64,000 nucleotides of DNA from Cirrosporium novae-zelandiae (Eukaryota), in the NCBI GenBank assembly GCA_026023565.1, contig JAPETS010000036.1, positions 1 through 64,000 on the forward strand, read 5' to 3'. The translations under genes were made by a program, and so were the position numbers. Below, in pieces: positions 1 to 12,774 of the stretch (position 1 is the stretch's first letter; each line of letters begins with the position of its first letter). Below the pieces are notes generated by a model. That model was not told the origin of the DNA. It ran no database searches and saw nothing but the letters and a program-made list of their open reading frames with translations.

Positions 1-1855
<1,855 letters not shown>

Positions 1856-3374
1856 GGTGAGAACAATTCGTAAACGGAAGGATGGTGTGCAGTCAAAAGC
1901 AAGGGCAAGAGATTTTTATAACTAAAAAACGAGCGACAAGCTGACCGACAACGACGAAATATTCAAATAGAAAGAAAGATGGTTGAGATAGAGGCGCAAT
2001 GGTCAAGCGTGCAGTAAGAAAGGAAAAGAATAAAGTCAAATTTGTTTCTGCTCGTGGCGTCATAAAGAATACCAATTGTAGGAGGATTCCCTCTCCACAA
2101 AACATGGGGATGAAATACGAGATGCCATGACTAGTCTAGGACCTGCCAGGCTGCCCTACGGCCTATCTCACTACGCCCCATCTTGGCTCAGGACTTGTTG
2201 ACGGAGATTGGCTATGATCTTGGCTGTACACAATACATAGTAAATGTTAACTTAATTACCTATTGCATAACCTATTCTTGGAATCCTTTGTGCCATATAT
2301 ATGGATATGAAAGTTGAAACCCTGCCCTGAATCCGTTTGGAATACTACCCTGTGGTGCCTGTAACGGTCAAGAATGAATTCATGGCGCCCATGAAAAATT
2401 TCCTTGCGGTAAAGACTTTGGTTCAAATAAACAACTTTGTTATTTAAACTTTAGGCTGGTTTCCATAATTGGGAGAGAATTTATCTCATCTAGACTATTC
2501 CATCCTTGAAGGCATGGTGTTGATTCAAAGGTTTATAGATATTGATTGGCGGTGGTTAAGTTTTAAGCTTCAATTCTGGCGTATTTAAACTTGTCTTAAG
2601 CGAATACCTGATCTTTTGCCTTTCTTGGTAACTATGTCTTGTATTTACCGGGGACATACATGTACTACTGTACTACAATTCACCACTTGAAATAAATACA
2701 AGGATTTATTATATCCTGATAAATATAAAATATTCTTCAAAATATATTAAGTTGTCTAGATCTCAACATCTAATCACCGAAATTTGCAATCTGCTTGGCT
2801 ATATCTGCTAAAACAGATATACCATAGTAATATCCGACTAACAAGGTGCTGACAGGGACCCCATGATAGTAAAAAATCCTTCAACAACAGCTGAAAAGGC
2901 TAAAACACCTTGGGCTTCAAGACCTCAAGATTAAGCACCACGGCTGAATAGATTAAGAGCCAGTTATTCAGCTAATCCTTCAACCTTGTCCTAACCTCTG
3001 TTTTGCAGGGTCTCCAAGAAAATTCAAGACATGATGTGTAGTCCAGATGGCACTCCGTGGACCTATACCACCTCGTATTCGTCCAAATCTCCAGGCGCAT
3101 CAACGCCTCAGGAGCTTGAGTCACCAGTATCACTTGGCTTCCACTTCCTTCTCCAATCCTAGTCCAAGATCACCATCTCTAGCTTTACTTCTATCTAAAG
3201 TTATCCAATATCATTGCTCTCTGCTTTTGCTCTTCACCATGAGACCCTTATGTCCATGTTCTTCTACCCTCTCCCGCTGTTGCACGCGGAATAACTCAAT
3301 CTCATGGTCCTCCTAATGTCGTCTTTCCATCTTGAATAATAATAGGACGACATAGACAGCTCTTACCTAGGGCT

Positions 3375-5890
3375 ATGCGAATTATGGGCCTTTTATGTCA
3401 CTCATCGCTTCAGTTTATATCATGTCTATGGTTGCTGTGCATCTCAATATGTCGGGCCGCCAAGCCCTCTGCCATAGCTGTTCCTGTGGGCTCTGACTGG
3501 TAAATCTCATACCCCACCCACATTCCATGGTATCATTGTTGACACTTTTAGGTATGGAGACGATGGCAATTGGAGTCCGTAAGGGACCAACACCCCCAAC
3601 TATCTTTACATCTCTCACAATTTCTCAACCAGAGTCAATATACGAGTTGGCTATCCACCCCAGTGGGTCAGCGTCTTTCCTTCGACGTCTAGCGATGAAA
3701 CTTGGGTCATTGGTCCTGGTGGTTGCGACGGAAGTACGCCACTACCAGAAAACAATTTATATCATAGATCATTAGCTAACAGGATGCGCCATAGCTACCA
3801 CTTGCCGAGATAAGCGCGGTGGTCTTTTCTACTCCAACAAATCTAGCACATGGGACAATCTCGGATACTATGAACTGGGGTTGGATCCTCAGCTAGGCTT
3901 TGGGGGATATGGAGACTACGGACTTGACAATGTCGATTTGAGTGATGAAATAATCATCCCCAGTCAAATCGTAAGCGTCATAAATACAACCGAATATTGG
4001 TTGGGGATGCTTGGCCTTGGTGTTGTGGCTAGCAATTTTACCAATGCGAATCAATTGACATTTTTGAGCAGTTTGGTGGAAAATCAAAGTTTAATACCAA
4101 GCCATAGCTATTCCTACACTGCCGGAGCCTATTATCGTATGTGAACAGATGATAATTAATTGCCAAAAGGCTAACTCTATCAAGGTCTCAAAGGTGTTCC
4201 ATCATCTTTGACTCTGGGTGGATATGATGCAAATCGATTCGAGTTTCATGATGCCACTTTCACCCTTGATTCAAGCTTGAATCCCTCAATTGCGGTCAAT
4301 GAGATTGCTGTATCTGCAATTCCATACTCGACTTCCAACCAGACGGTTCCGTGGTCTTCTCCATTGACTCTACTTGGATCCGCAGATTCCAACCTGTTTA
4401 CTATCGATTCCTCGACTCCATATCTCTGGCTTCCAGAAACCGTGTGTGATGAATTCGCAGCCGCGTTGGGCTTGACATATAATTCATCTGTCGACTTGTA
4501 TACATTTGTAAATTCAACTCAACATGATGCATTGGTTGATTGGAACATGACCTTCACCTTTAGTCTCGCGAATCTTCCTGGCTCATCAAGCTCAGTTGAA
4601 ATTACGTTACCTTACGATGCCTTCGACCTTCAACTTTCATATCCCTATCCTGGTTATAATATCACCTACGGCTCAGGGACCTTTGACTACTTTCCCCTAA
4701 AGCGTGCCGCCAACGATTCCCAATATACAATTGGGCGTGTATTTCTGCAGGAGTCTTATCTGATTGTCGACTATGAACGTAATAACTTTTCCGTGTACCC
4801 AGCGAAATTTTCTACCGATGCTCTCCAAAATATTGCTCTTGTGGATATTTCCCGACCAAAAAATAGCACGTACCGAGGCCCAGTTGAACCCGAAGACAGT
4901 TCACTTGGAACTGGAATCATTGTTGGCATCGTTGTTGCTGCTATTATCATTATCGCCCTCATCATTATTGTAGTAGTCTATCTCCGTCGCCGTCGCCGAA
5001 GAGCCCTGAAGAGCTTCGACGACCCATCAACAATAACCGGAAAACATTCCCATCTCCTCAAACCCGAAGAAAAACCTCTTGCAAGTGAGGTCCCCGGCGA
5101 TACACAGCACCCGCACGAAGCTCCCACGGAACAAGCCGAGATCCACGAAATGCCCGGAAGTCTGCCCTTTGAGCTCCCGGGAAGCGACGTCTTGGCCAGC
5201 CGAAGCAGGTACTCCATGTCGGCATATGATGCGCAGAACTACAAGAATACGGGTGCTCTCCCCACAGCGCCAAAAGGCCACGACCCTCATGGAGGCCCCG
5301 TAGAAATGGACCACGACGATGCAGTGCGCGAAGATTTATATTACGGCTCCGATACCAACAGCAGCATGCCGGCATACTCGCCTAGCCGCGTCGGCCAACC
5401 GTCATCCCCGCGTCTTGCCTCGGAACCCTCGATTTTGCAATTCTCCCGAAACCCCTCCAGCACTGCAGGCGGAAGCGGAGGTCGTGGCCACACCCGTAGC
5501 ATCGGAAGCAATTCCAATTACTCGAACCCTTTATTCACACCTTTAACTCCGGACCAGCTTTCCTACCCAACACTCTCGCCCCAGGAACGGGAACAAGAAC
5601 GAGGAATCCCGAGTCCCATTCAGGTGCAACAAGACCAAACCCAAAAAGAGGATCCAACAACATCAACAACAACGATGGATCCATCAAAACATAACGCGAT
5701 GCCGGCTCCATTGAATATAATGAGGTCCATGGAGAGGAAGAAAAGTCATGATAGTCGTTTTAGTGAAGATTTACCTGAGACCCAGAGCCCTAGTCCGAGG
5801 GGTGTAGGGGTTGCAAGAGAGAGGGAGAGGGAGAAGGGGAAGGGGAGGGAAAGAGAGCAGAGGAGAAAGTATAGTTGGGAGGAAGAGTGA
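3375..5890 (+). CDS. Pepsin-like (A1) aspartic protease-domain type I membrane protein, probably non-catalytic
   Basis: Signal peptide from ATG 3375 or 3384. Introns at about 3500-3551, 3579-3632, 3734-3794 and 4137-4184. Motifs WYGDDGNWS, LTLGGYD, IDSSTPYLWLP, YTIGRVFLQESYLIVDYER. TM helix IIVGIVVAAIIIIALIIIVVVYL followed by RRRRRR and a disordered tail. Confidence 0.85.
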
Positions 5891-7156
5891 GTGTGAATAT
5901 ATGAAGGGTATGTATAGCATAAACGGTACTAATAAGAATTCCTTTGTTTTATCTCGTTGGTGAGAGGATATTTGTTTATGTATATACCATTGCTTTTTTT
6001 TTGGTGGGAGGAAACGAGAGGGGGCTTGAAGGGCATAGGAGCGATTTCCGTCAACCAACTTACAACCGACAAATATGTAACAAAACCAACAGCATCAGAA
6101 GAAATTATTAATTAATCTTGCTTTTTTTCTGGGGGATTGACATTGATGGATAAGAAGTGAATATGCCATGCACTAATGGGGGACAGGCTTAATATATAGC
6201 ACACCAATAATCCAATCCAATCCGTCACTTAACACTTCATGCCGCCTTGGCACGGCTGCCAGCGGGCTGAAAGGGGTCATGACGGTACATCAAGATATTG
6301 GAATATCGGGACTGGAATGCCATTTGTGATATTTCCAGTACCGGAAAGGGAAATGAGGTTGGTATATTGCTTTTTTGTATTACCTTTTTTTTTGTTTTGC
6401 ATGTGTGGTGGGTTGTCGGTGGATTATCGTATGCGTGTACGTATATGTGAGGCAATAAAAATATATTTGTTGAGAAGGGAAAAAAAGAGGTGAAAGAAAG
6501 AAAGGGAAAGAAGAGGAAGAAATGGCGAGGGGTCTAGGTCGATGGCATTTGATAATGGTGGAGAAAAAAGGTAAAACAGGAAACTAAAAAAGGAATGAGG
6601 GCTTCAATAAAAAAAGAAAAAAAAAAGAAAAGAAAATATGTATACATATCTAATACTAGAAAGGGAGAAAAAACGAAAGAGGGATATAGAAAAAAAAAGG
6701 AAAGAAAAAAGAGAGAGCAGGAGAGAAAGAGAAAGAAGGGGTGGCGTGGCGAGAAAAGGGATGTATGATGTATATGCACATACACACACACATACATATA
6801 TATACAGATACAGAGATGGATAAATGGATAGATATAGATAATAGATATCACAATAACAAACCTCCCCCTCCTCTTCCATATTTAAAAAAGAAGAAGTCCC
6901 TTAACCCTACATCAATCCTATCCCCTTGCCATCACCCTACCTTCTTTATCATATAAAGTAAAGAAAGTAAAGCAAAGAAGCGGTAAAAAAACAATTTTTA
7001 TTTTTTTTCCCCTCCCTAATTCTCAAATCATTTTTAAAATCCATCTCTAGAAGAAACCACTCCCTCCCTCCCCCCCCCCATAACATACACCTAGGGGGTC
7101 TGTTTACCCACCCACACCCACCCACACATATATACACACATACACTTATACACACA

Positions 7157-8074
7157 ATGCACCGCATCAATCACATGATAATATTCCTCGGTTTTGCAGT
7201 TGTAATCGTGGTATTTTTTTGGTATGTTTGTTTCTCTCTTTGTTTCTCTCCACTCTTCACTCATTTTTCATTCTTCACTTTTCACTCTTCACTTTCGCCC
7301 CACTCCACCCCCTCCCAGCAAGCTAGCTAGTCAATTAGTCAGCCATTCAGTCAGCACCCCCCAAACAGTCTCATTCATTCATCACCTCACAGTAGCGCCT
7401 CTGCCTCCGCCGCCGTGGCCAACGCTCCTACCCTCGCAGCAGACCAAAAAGATGTAGACTTTCGAAAGCACCCACAGCCAACAACAACAGTAACAGCACG
7501 CATAGTAGTACCCCACGTCCTCCAAAAACATTCCAAAGTCCCCTCCAACTCCGACGACTCAGATGACTCTGATGACGACAACACCACACCCTGCTACACA
7601 GCAACCTCGACCTCGACCCCCCCGGCCTGCATCCCAAAAGGCACGACTTGCACCCCCCTCACGCCTACCTGCACGCACCTCCACACCTCCACAGCCCCCT
7701 GCCACACAGCCAGCTGTCCGCACACCCCCACAACAACCACAACCCTAATGTGCGACACCACCTGCCCCCCCCAACCTTGCATCACCCAGACAACCACAAC
7801 AACCCCCCCAGCCAAAGCCTGCGAAACAATGAATCCCATGAAATTTCGAAGCTGCTATACGAAAACTGCGAACCAGGAGCCCGAGGATTGTCCGCATTGG
7901 GTTTGTCCCGTTCGGGCTTGTTTGAGTGGGGAGGCGGAGACGAAGACGGTGTCGATGCAGTGTGCGGGGAAGGGGTGCCAGAGTGGGGTTACAACGTTGA
8001 TGGGGTATTCGACTTGTGTGGGGTGTGTGGTTTGTAGTACGGTTACTGAGTCGGTTTGGGGGGGATGTGTTTAG
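7157..8074 (+). CDS. Secreted Cys/Thr-rich protein (~248 aa) with two 10-Cys repeats; no recognised family
   Basis: Exon 7157-7221 (MHRINHMIIFLGFAVVIVVFF, hydrophobic signal) splices through a GTATGT..CAG intron (7222-7392) in frame to the 7415-8074 ORF. Confidence 0.7.
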
Positions 8075-8395
8075 GTGGGGTTGTTGGGAAGGGACGGACG
8101 GAGGGGGGGAAGGGAGGGAGATGAACTTAATCGAAGGGGGGCGTGGGGTGTATGGGTAATGAATAATTATGGATTGTTTCTCTCTCTTTTTTCTTCTCTG
8201 GATTGGAATTATGCATGCATCTGGGGCTTTGTTTTTTTAGGGTTAGACACATATAGAGATAGATAGGTCACTCACTAGCTAGAGCCCCCTTCCGGAATAA
8301 AAAACAAAATAAAGTGATGCTTATTATCCATTCATTCATTTTTCAAAACCCCCCTTCCTTGCTTACTCTAGAGAGAGTAAAAAAGAATAGTACCA

Positions 8396-8820
8396 TTATA
8401 TGCCCTTCTTCCAAACCGTCCCCGCCAAAACCCCCGCCCCAATAACCCCACCATCACTAGCCTCATGCAACCTCACCGAAACATTATTCCTTTGTTCTCC
8501 TTCTTGTCCTTCTCCTTCCCCTTGTTGTTGTGGTTGTGGGGTTAGGGTTCTCGATATTAACATGTCGATTGCTCGCTGGCATGAATCTTTGAAACCGGGA
8601 TATTGTTGGATTAGACCGCCTGTGCAGGCTATTACTAGTTGTTGGGGTTGTTGTAGAAAGGAGGAGGGGGTGTGAGAATTCGTTGGGTTGGTGATGGTGG
8701 TGTTGTTATGGGGATGGTGGTGGTGGGGCGTGTGATTGGAGATGTTGTTGTTGTTGTTGTTGTGTATGTTGTTGTGTATGTCTTTTTTTCGGTTGAGGTC
8801 ACAGTCACGGTCACCGCCAC

Positions 8821-8857
<37 letters not shown>

Positions 8858-10276
8858 GAGGTTGATTTCCCGTGTGCATCCCAACAGCCCGACCGAAGCC
8901 GCTGCGATGAGTCTGGAACTCCTATTCCTTATGGCTTTTGATATTCGTCGGAGACAGGAGCAGGTGAATTCGTCCCAGCCGAACTGCGTCATGGTGGTAA
9001 ATGGTTCGCCTGATCTGTTTAGCACGTCGGCCAAAAAGGAATCCGAGTCGTATTTGGCGATTTGAGCCAGAAAAGTTGTTGTGAGGGCGTAAGGTGTTGT
9101 GAGAACGGTGGGGAGTGAGCTAACGGCAACTTGTTGCTTGTAGGTTAGAAAGTCGAGGAGGATGAGGCGGACTAGCTCCCCGAGATAGCGACCGCTGGTC
9201 ATATACTCAAAGGGTTGAAACCCGGGCATGTTGATTCCAGCATCGAGTTCTCTGTCCCATGGGGTAATTAAATTTAGTTGTCGAAGGGGGCCAGCAGCAC
9301 CAGAGATGGTCCATTCTGTATTGACAACCACGGTGGTGGCATCTGGTGCATGCTTGAGGATAGGATCTGTCTTGGAGGGATGGAGGGCTGATATTGCCAT
9401 GGGGATTGTTGCATTACAGCCAGTGCCGACAATGAGGCCCATTGCTACGCGGCTATTTGGCAGTGACTGGACCTCATATGCTAAAGCGGCGAGAGTTGCG
9501 ACGGTGTCGTTGGTTATGGCGGCAATCTTGAGCTTAGGGAGAGCAGGATGATCTGGCGACGGGATTGTATGCTTGACATAACCACCAATCAACATGCTTC
9601 CAAGGTTTAAATTCGAACTTATAGAAAAACCCTTCCCCATGGGCATTAGAGTTGCCGATGATATCTCAGTCTGCTCCATAGGAAAGCTAAAGGTGATGCC
9701 CATGGGAATCTCATCTGGAGGCTTTTCGGAAACATCCTCGTTCGCGGCAATACTATCCTGGATGACTTCGGCGATACAATCACCTACCCATTCGAAGAGA
9801 TCCTCTGGCTTGTCCAGTTTCAGATGCTCGCCGATTGGCCATGCCTTTTCGAATTTCCTTCGTATTCGAGAGGTGGGTAGGTCGTCAACAAAGGTCGGTG
9901 GGGTAAGACGTGGAATACCTCCTCGAGTATCAAGAACGAATGAATCAGGATCAGGATCAGGATCAGGATCAACATCTAAGAAGGGTCGCTCATTTTCTTG
10001 CTGCAGTTTCATTTCCAGAGATGTTGCCATGTTAGCTGTGTGACCAAGCAGCTCGATGAAGCTAACCCTGAGATTGGATCCCCCAACATCAATTGCCAAG
10101 AAATCACCGACCTCATCCCCAGCGGGGAGGACAGTAATAGGTGTGGCCAGAAACTGATTATCAGCAGTCCTGGCTAACTCCGTATATGTTTCTGAAAAAG
10201 AATTGGCCAGTTTCCAGAGGTCATTGTCGCTGATGAAGAAGTGACGGAGAAACAGATGTTCCAATTGGTCAGCCAT
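8396..10276 (-). CDS. Atypical hexokinase-family protein (HxkC/HxkD-XprF-like, likely regulatory)
   Basis: Intronless. Motifs FLAIDVGGSNLRV, GITFSFP..MGKGF (not WTKGF), NDTVATL, GLIVGTGCNA, VNTEW, PGFQPFEYMTSGRYLGE, DGGVIGAG. ATG at 10276. Confidence 0.85.
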
Positions 10277-11169
10277 GATGATGTAAAACAACAAGATAGG
10301 GTTTTGTTGAATCAGACCAGTCAGGTAGAAAGTGGGCGATATTTATGAGAGATTAGTATATGCATGTGTGGCTGCCTTTCTTGATCGTCCGCGTTTGTAG
10401 ATATGTAAGTCGCGTTTCAAGTCTAGGGGAGCATCAAGCCATGTTCAAGGCTTGAAATTATGTTGAGGCCCTCGGATACTACCTTGACCAGCAGCCAAAT
10501 GCAACAGTAAAGCGGAGAGGGTTGGAAAGACGAGCAATCAGTGGGAAGGAATGATAGTTGGACAATTGCGTCACGGCAAGGAGCATCTTTTTCCTTTTGT
10601 TTTGGTTTTTGTTTTCTTTCTTTTTTGCAGGATGGGTTAGGGAGGGGGGAATTGGGGAATGGAGAGGTAGGTAGGTAGGTTGGATCAGTTAGGTGGACTT
10701 GGGGTGGATAAGTAACAGAGATAGGAGAAAATAGGAAGAAAATGATAATATTACTTTTCTATACCATAACTACTTGTGTATAGTTGTGCAGATTAAGTAA
10801 GTCATGATAGATAAATAGATTGATTGATTTCCCATTTTCCCATTTTCCCATTTCTTTCCCACCGCCTTCAAGCCTTATCAACAAACAAACAAACAAGAGG
10901 GATCATTGACCATTGACCATTGACCATTGACCATCGACTATCGACGGGTGACGGGTGACGGGAGTGCAGGGTGCAGGGCTGACTTTGATTATTGGGAAAT
11001 GGGAAGCATGAACAACATTTGGGAGCATTGGGAGCATTGGGAGAGAGAGAGAGGGCCATGAGAGAAATTTAGGATTTAGGATTCTAAAGTCACAAGGGTG
11101 TCCTTCTACCCCCTCCCTCCCCCTAAGATAACCAAAAATCAAAGCCTAGTCTAAAATGTGCTCGGTTAG

Positions 11170-11224
11170 ACCCCCGATAGCCCCCCGATAGCCCCCCGAT
11201 AGACCCCCGATAGACCCCCGATTC
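11170..11224. repeat. 11-bp tandem repeat (a/c)cccccgatag, about 5 copies
   Basis: Units start at 11170, 11181, 11192, 11203 and 11214 (last one degenerate). Confidence 0.9.
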
Positions 11225-11647
11225 ACCCCCCGGACCAAAGGCTGAAAAAAACAAAAACAGAAAAGAAGCACTCAACATGGAAAAGGTTGAAAAGGTTGAA
11301 AAGGTTGTTTTGAAGGTTGAAGCTTTTCCACACTGACATTTGTTTGAGGCCTGAGGCTTCAAATTCCAAACAAAACTCTGGTGAAATATTAATCCTTTCT
11401 TCTTCCTTAAACTAAACTGTAAACAACAACAAACATCATCATCATCATCATCATCATCATCATTACCCTAGTTAATTATTAAAGTACCTAGGTACTAATC
11501 AAAAAACATCACCGAAAAAAAAAAATTACACTTAGACTATCCAGAGTCTACAACTAACCCCTCCGAAGACTCTATCTCCATTCTTCAATTCAAAACAAAT
11601 CTCCAACCTCATTATCAATAATCAAATCAAATCAAATCAAAATAATT

Positions 11648-12403
11648 ATGGACATCAAATCTTCCTCTCCACCTTTCTTCTCCCCTTCTCCTACCAACAC
11701 CCGTCTCCGTCGCTTCGTCATCTCCGCCTTATTTACATTCGGCCTTCTAACCCTCCTCGGTCGCTTCTCAACCGTCTTCCAAAGCGCTCTTTGGTCCCAC
11801 AATGACGCCCCCACCGCACCACCAGCCACCGAATCTGAATACCTCGTTCCCCTAGAAGCTCATATCATGTCCAAGTGCCCCGATGCAAAGGACTGCATGC
11901 GAGATCTGCTGGTCCCTACCATGCAGCAGGTGTCGGATAAAACACAATTTACCCTTTCCTTTATTGGTACCACCGATCCCGATTCGGATGCCGTCGAGTG
12001 CAAGCATGGCGAAACGGAATGTCTGGGTAACATGTTGATCGTCTGCGCGAGCCACCTGTATCCATCACCCGTCATTCACCTGGGATTCGCCATGTGCATG
12101 GTTGGTCAGTTCAACAAGATTCCTGAACGAGCCATGGTCGAGAACTGTGCTTTGGAGCATGGAGTTGATTTTGGCAAATTGAATGACTGCGTGAGCGAGG
12201 AGGGAGAAGGCATTGGACTGCTACGGGAAAGCATGGAGAGAAGCCAGAATGCTGGCGTGACAAAGAGCTGCACCATTAGACTGGACAACAAGATCAGGTG
12301 TATAAGGGATGGCGCTGAATGGAAGGATTGTGAAGGCGGATATACCGTCAAGAGTTTGGTAAACGATGTCGAGGCAGCATACAAAAAGGGTAATGGCTTG
12401 TAA
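11648..12403 (+). CDS. GILT-family (gamma-interferon-inducible lysosomal thiol reductase-like) protein
   Basis: N-terminal TM anchor; VPLEAHIMSKCPDAKDC, CKHGETECLGN, SCTIRL..RCIRDG..WKDC. Confidence 0.9.
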   Translation: MDIKSSSPPFFSPSPTNTRLRRFVISALFTFGLLTLLGRFSTVFQSALWSHNDAPTAPPATESEYLVPLEAHIMSKCPDAKDCMRDLLVPTMQQVSDKTQFTLSFIGTTDPDSDAVECKHGETECLGNMLIVCASHLYPSPVIHLGFAMCMVGQFNKIPERAMVENCALEHGVDFGKLNDCVSEEGEGIGLLRESMERSQNAGVTKSCTIRLDNKIRCIRDGAEWKDCEGGYTVKSLVNDVEAAYKKGNGL

Positions 12404-12774
12404 TCATTACCGTGCCGCTGACGAGCATGGAGCACAACACACTGTAAATATTGGACTAATGAAAATATGATATGTCAACTTTGACAGAAGTGTATATACT
12501 AGAATCCGCTTGGCCTGCTATGCTATTTAATTGCCAAGGTCTCGCATTTCATCCCGAGACACTACTCTGTTCATTCTGTGCATAGCCCACAATACTTCAG
12601 GGCATGTGGACCCATGTTCCATACAAATCATCAATCATCCTAATAAAACACCAATGTCATGCCTGAACATAGCCCCCCAAACACCACGAGAAGATGAAAT
12701 TTCATACAAATGATGAATCCCACTATGCATAGTTACCTCAGGAAACGCCTGTTATCCAACAATGCAGTAACCCT

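Noticed and set aside
6237..7170. Phe/Tyr/Lys-rich ORFs in the ORF track (similar ones at 40.6-42 kb and 48.5 kb)
   Set aside because: By-products of purine tracts and microsatellites.
10840..11320. Regularly spaced short repeats as a CRISPR-like array
   Set aside because: Head-to-tail tandem units with no unique spacers, in a eukaryotic context.
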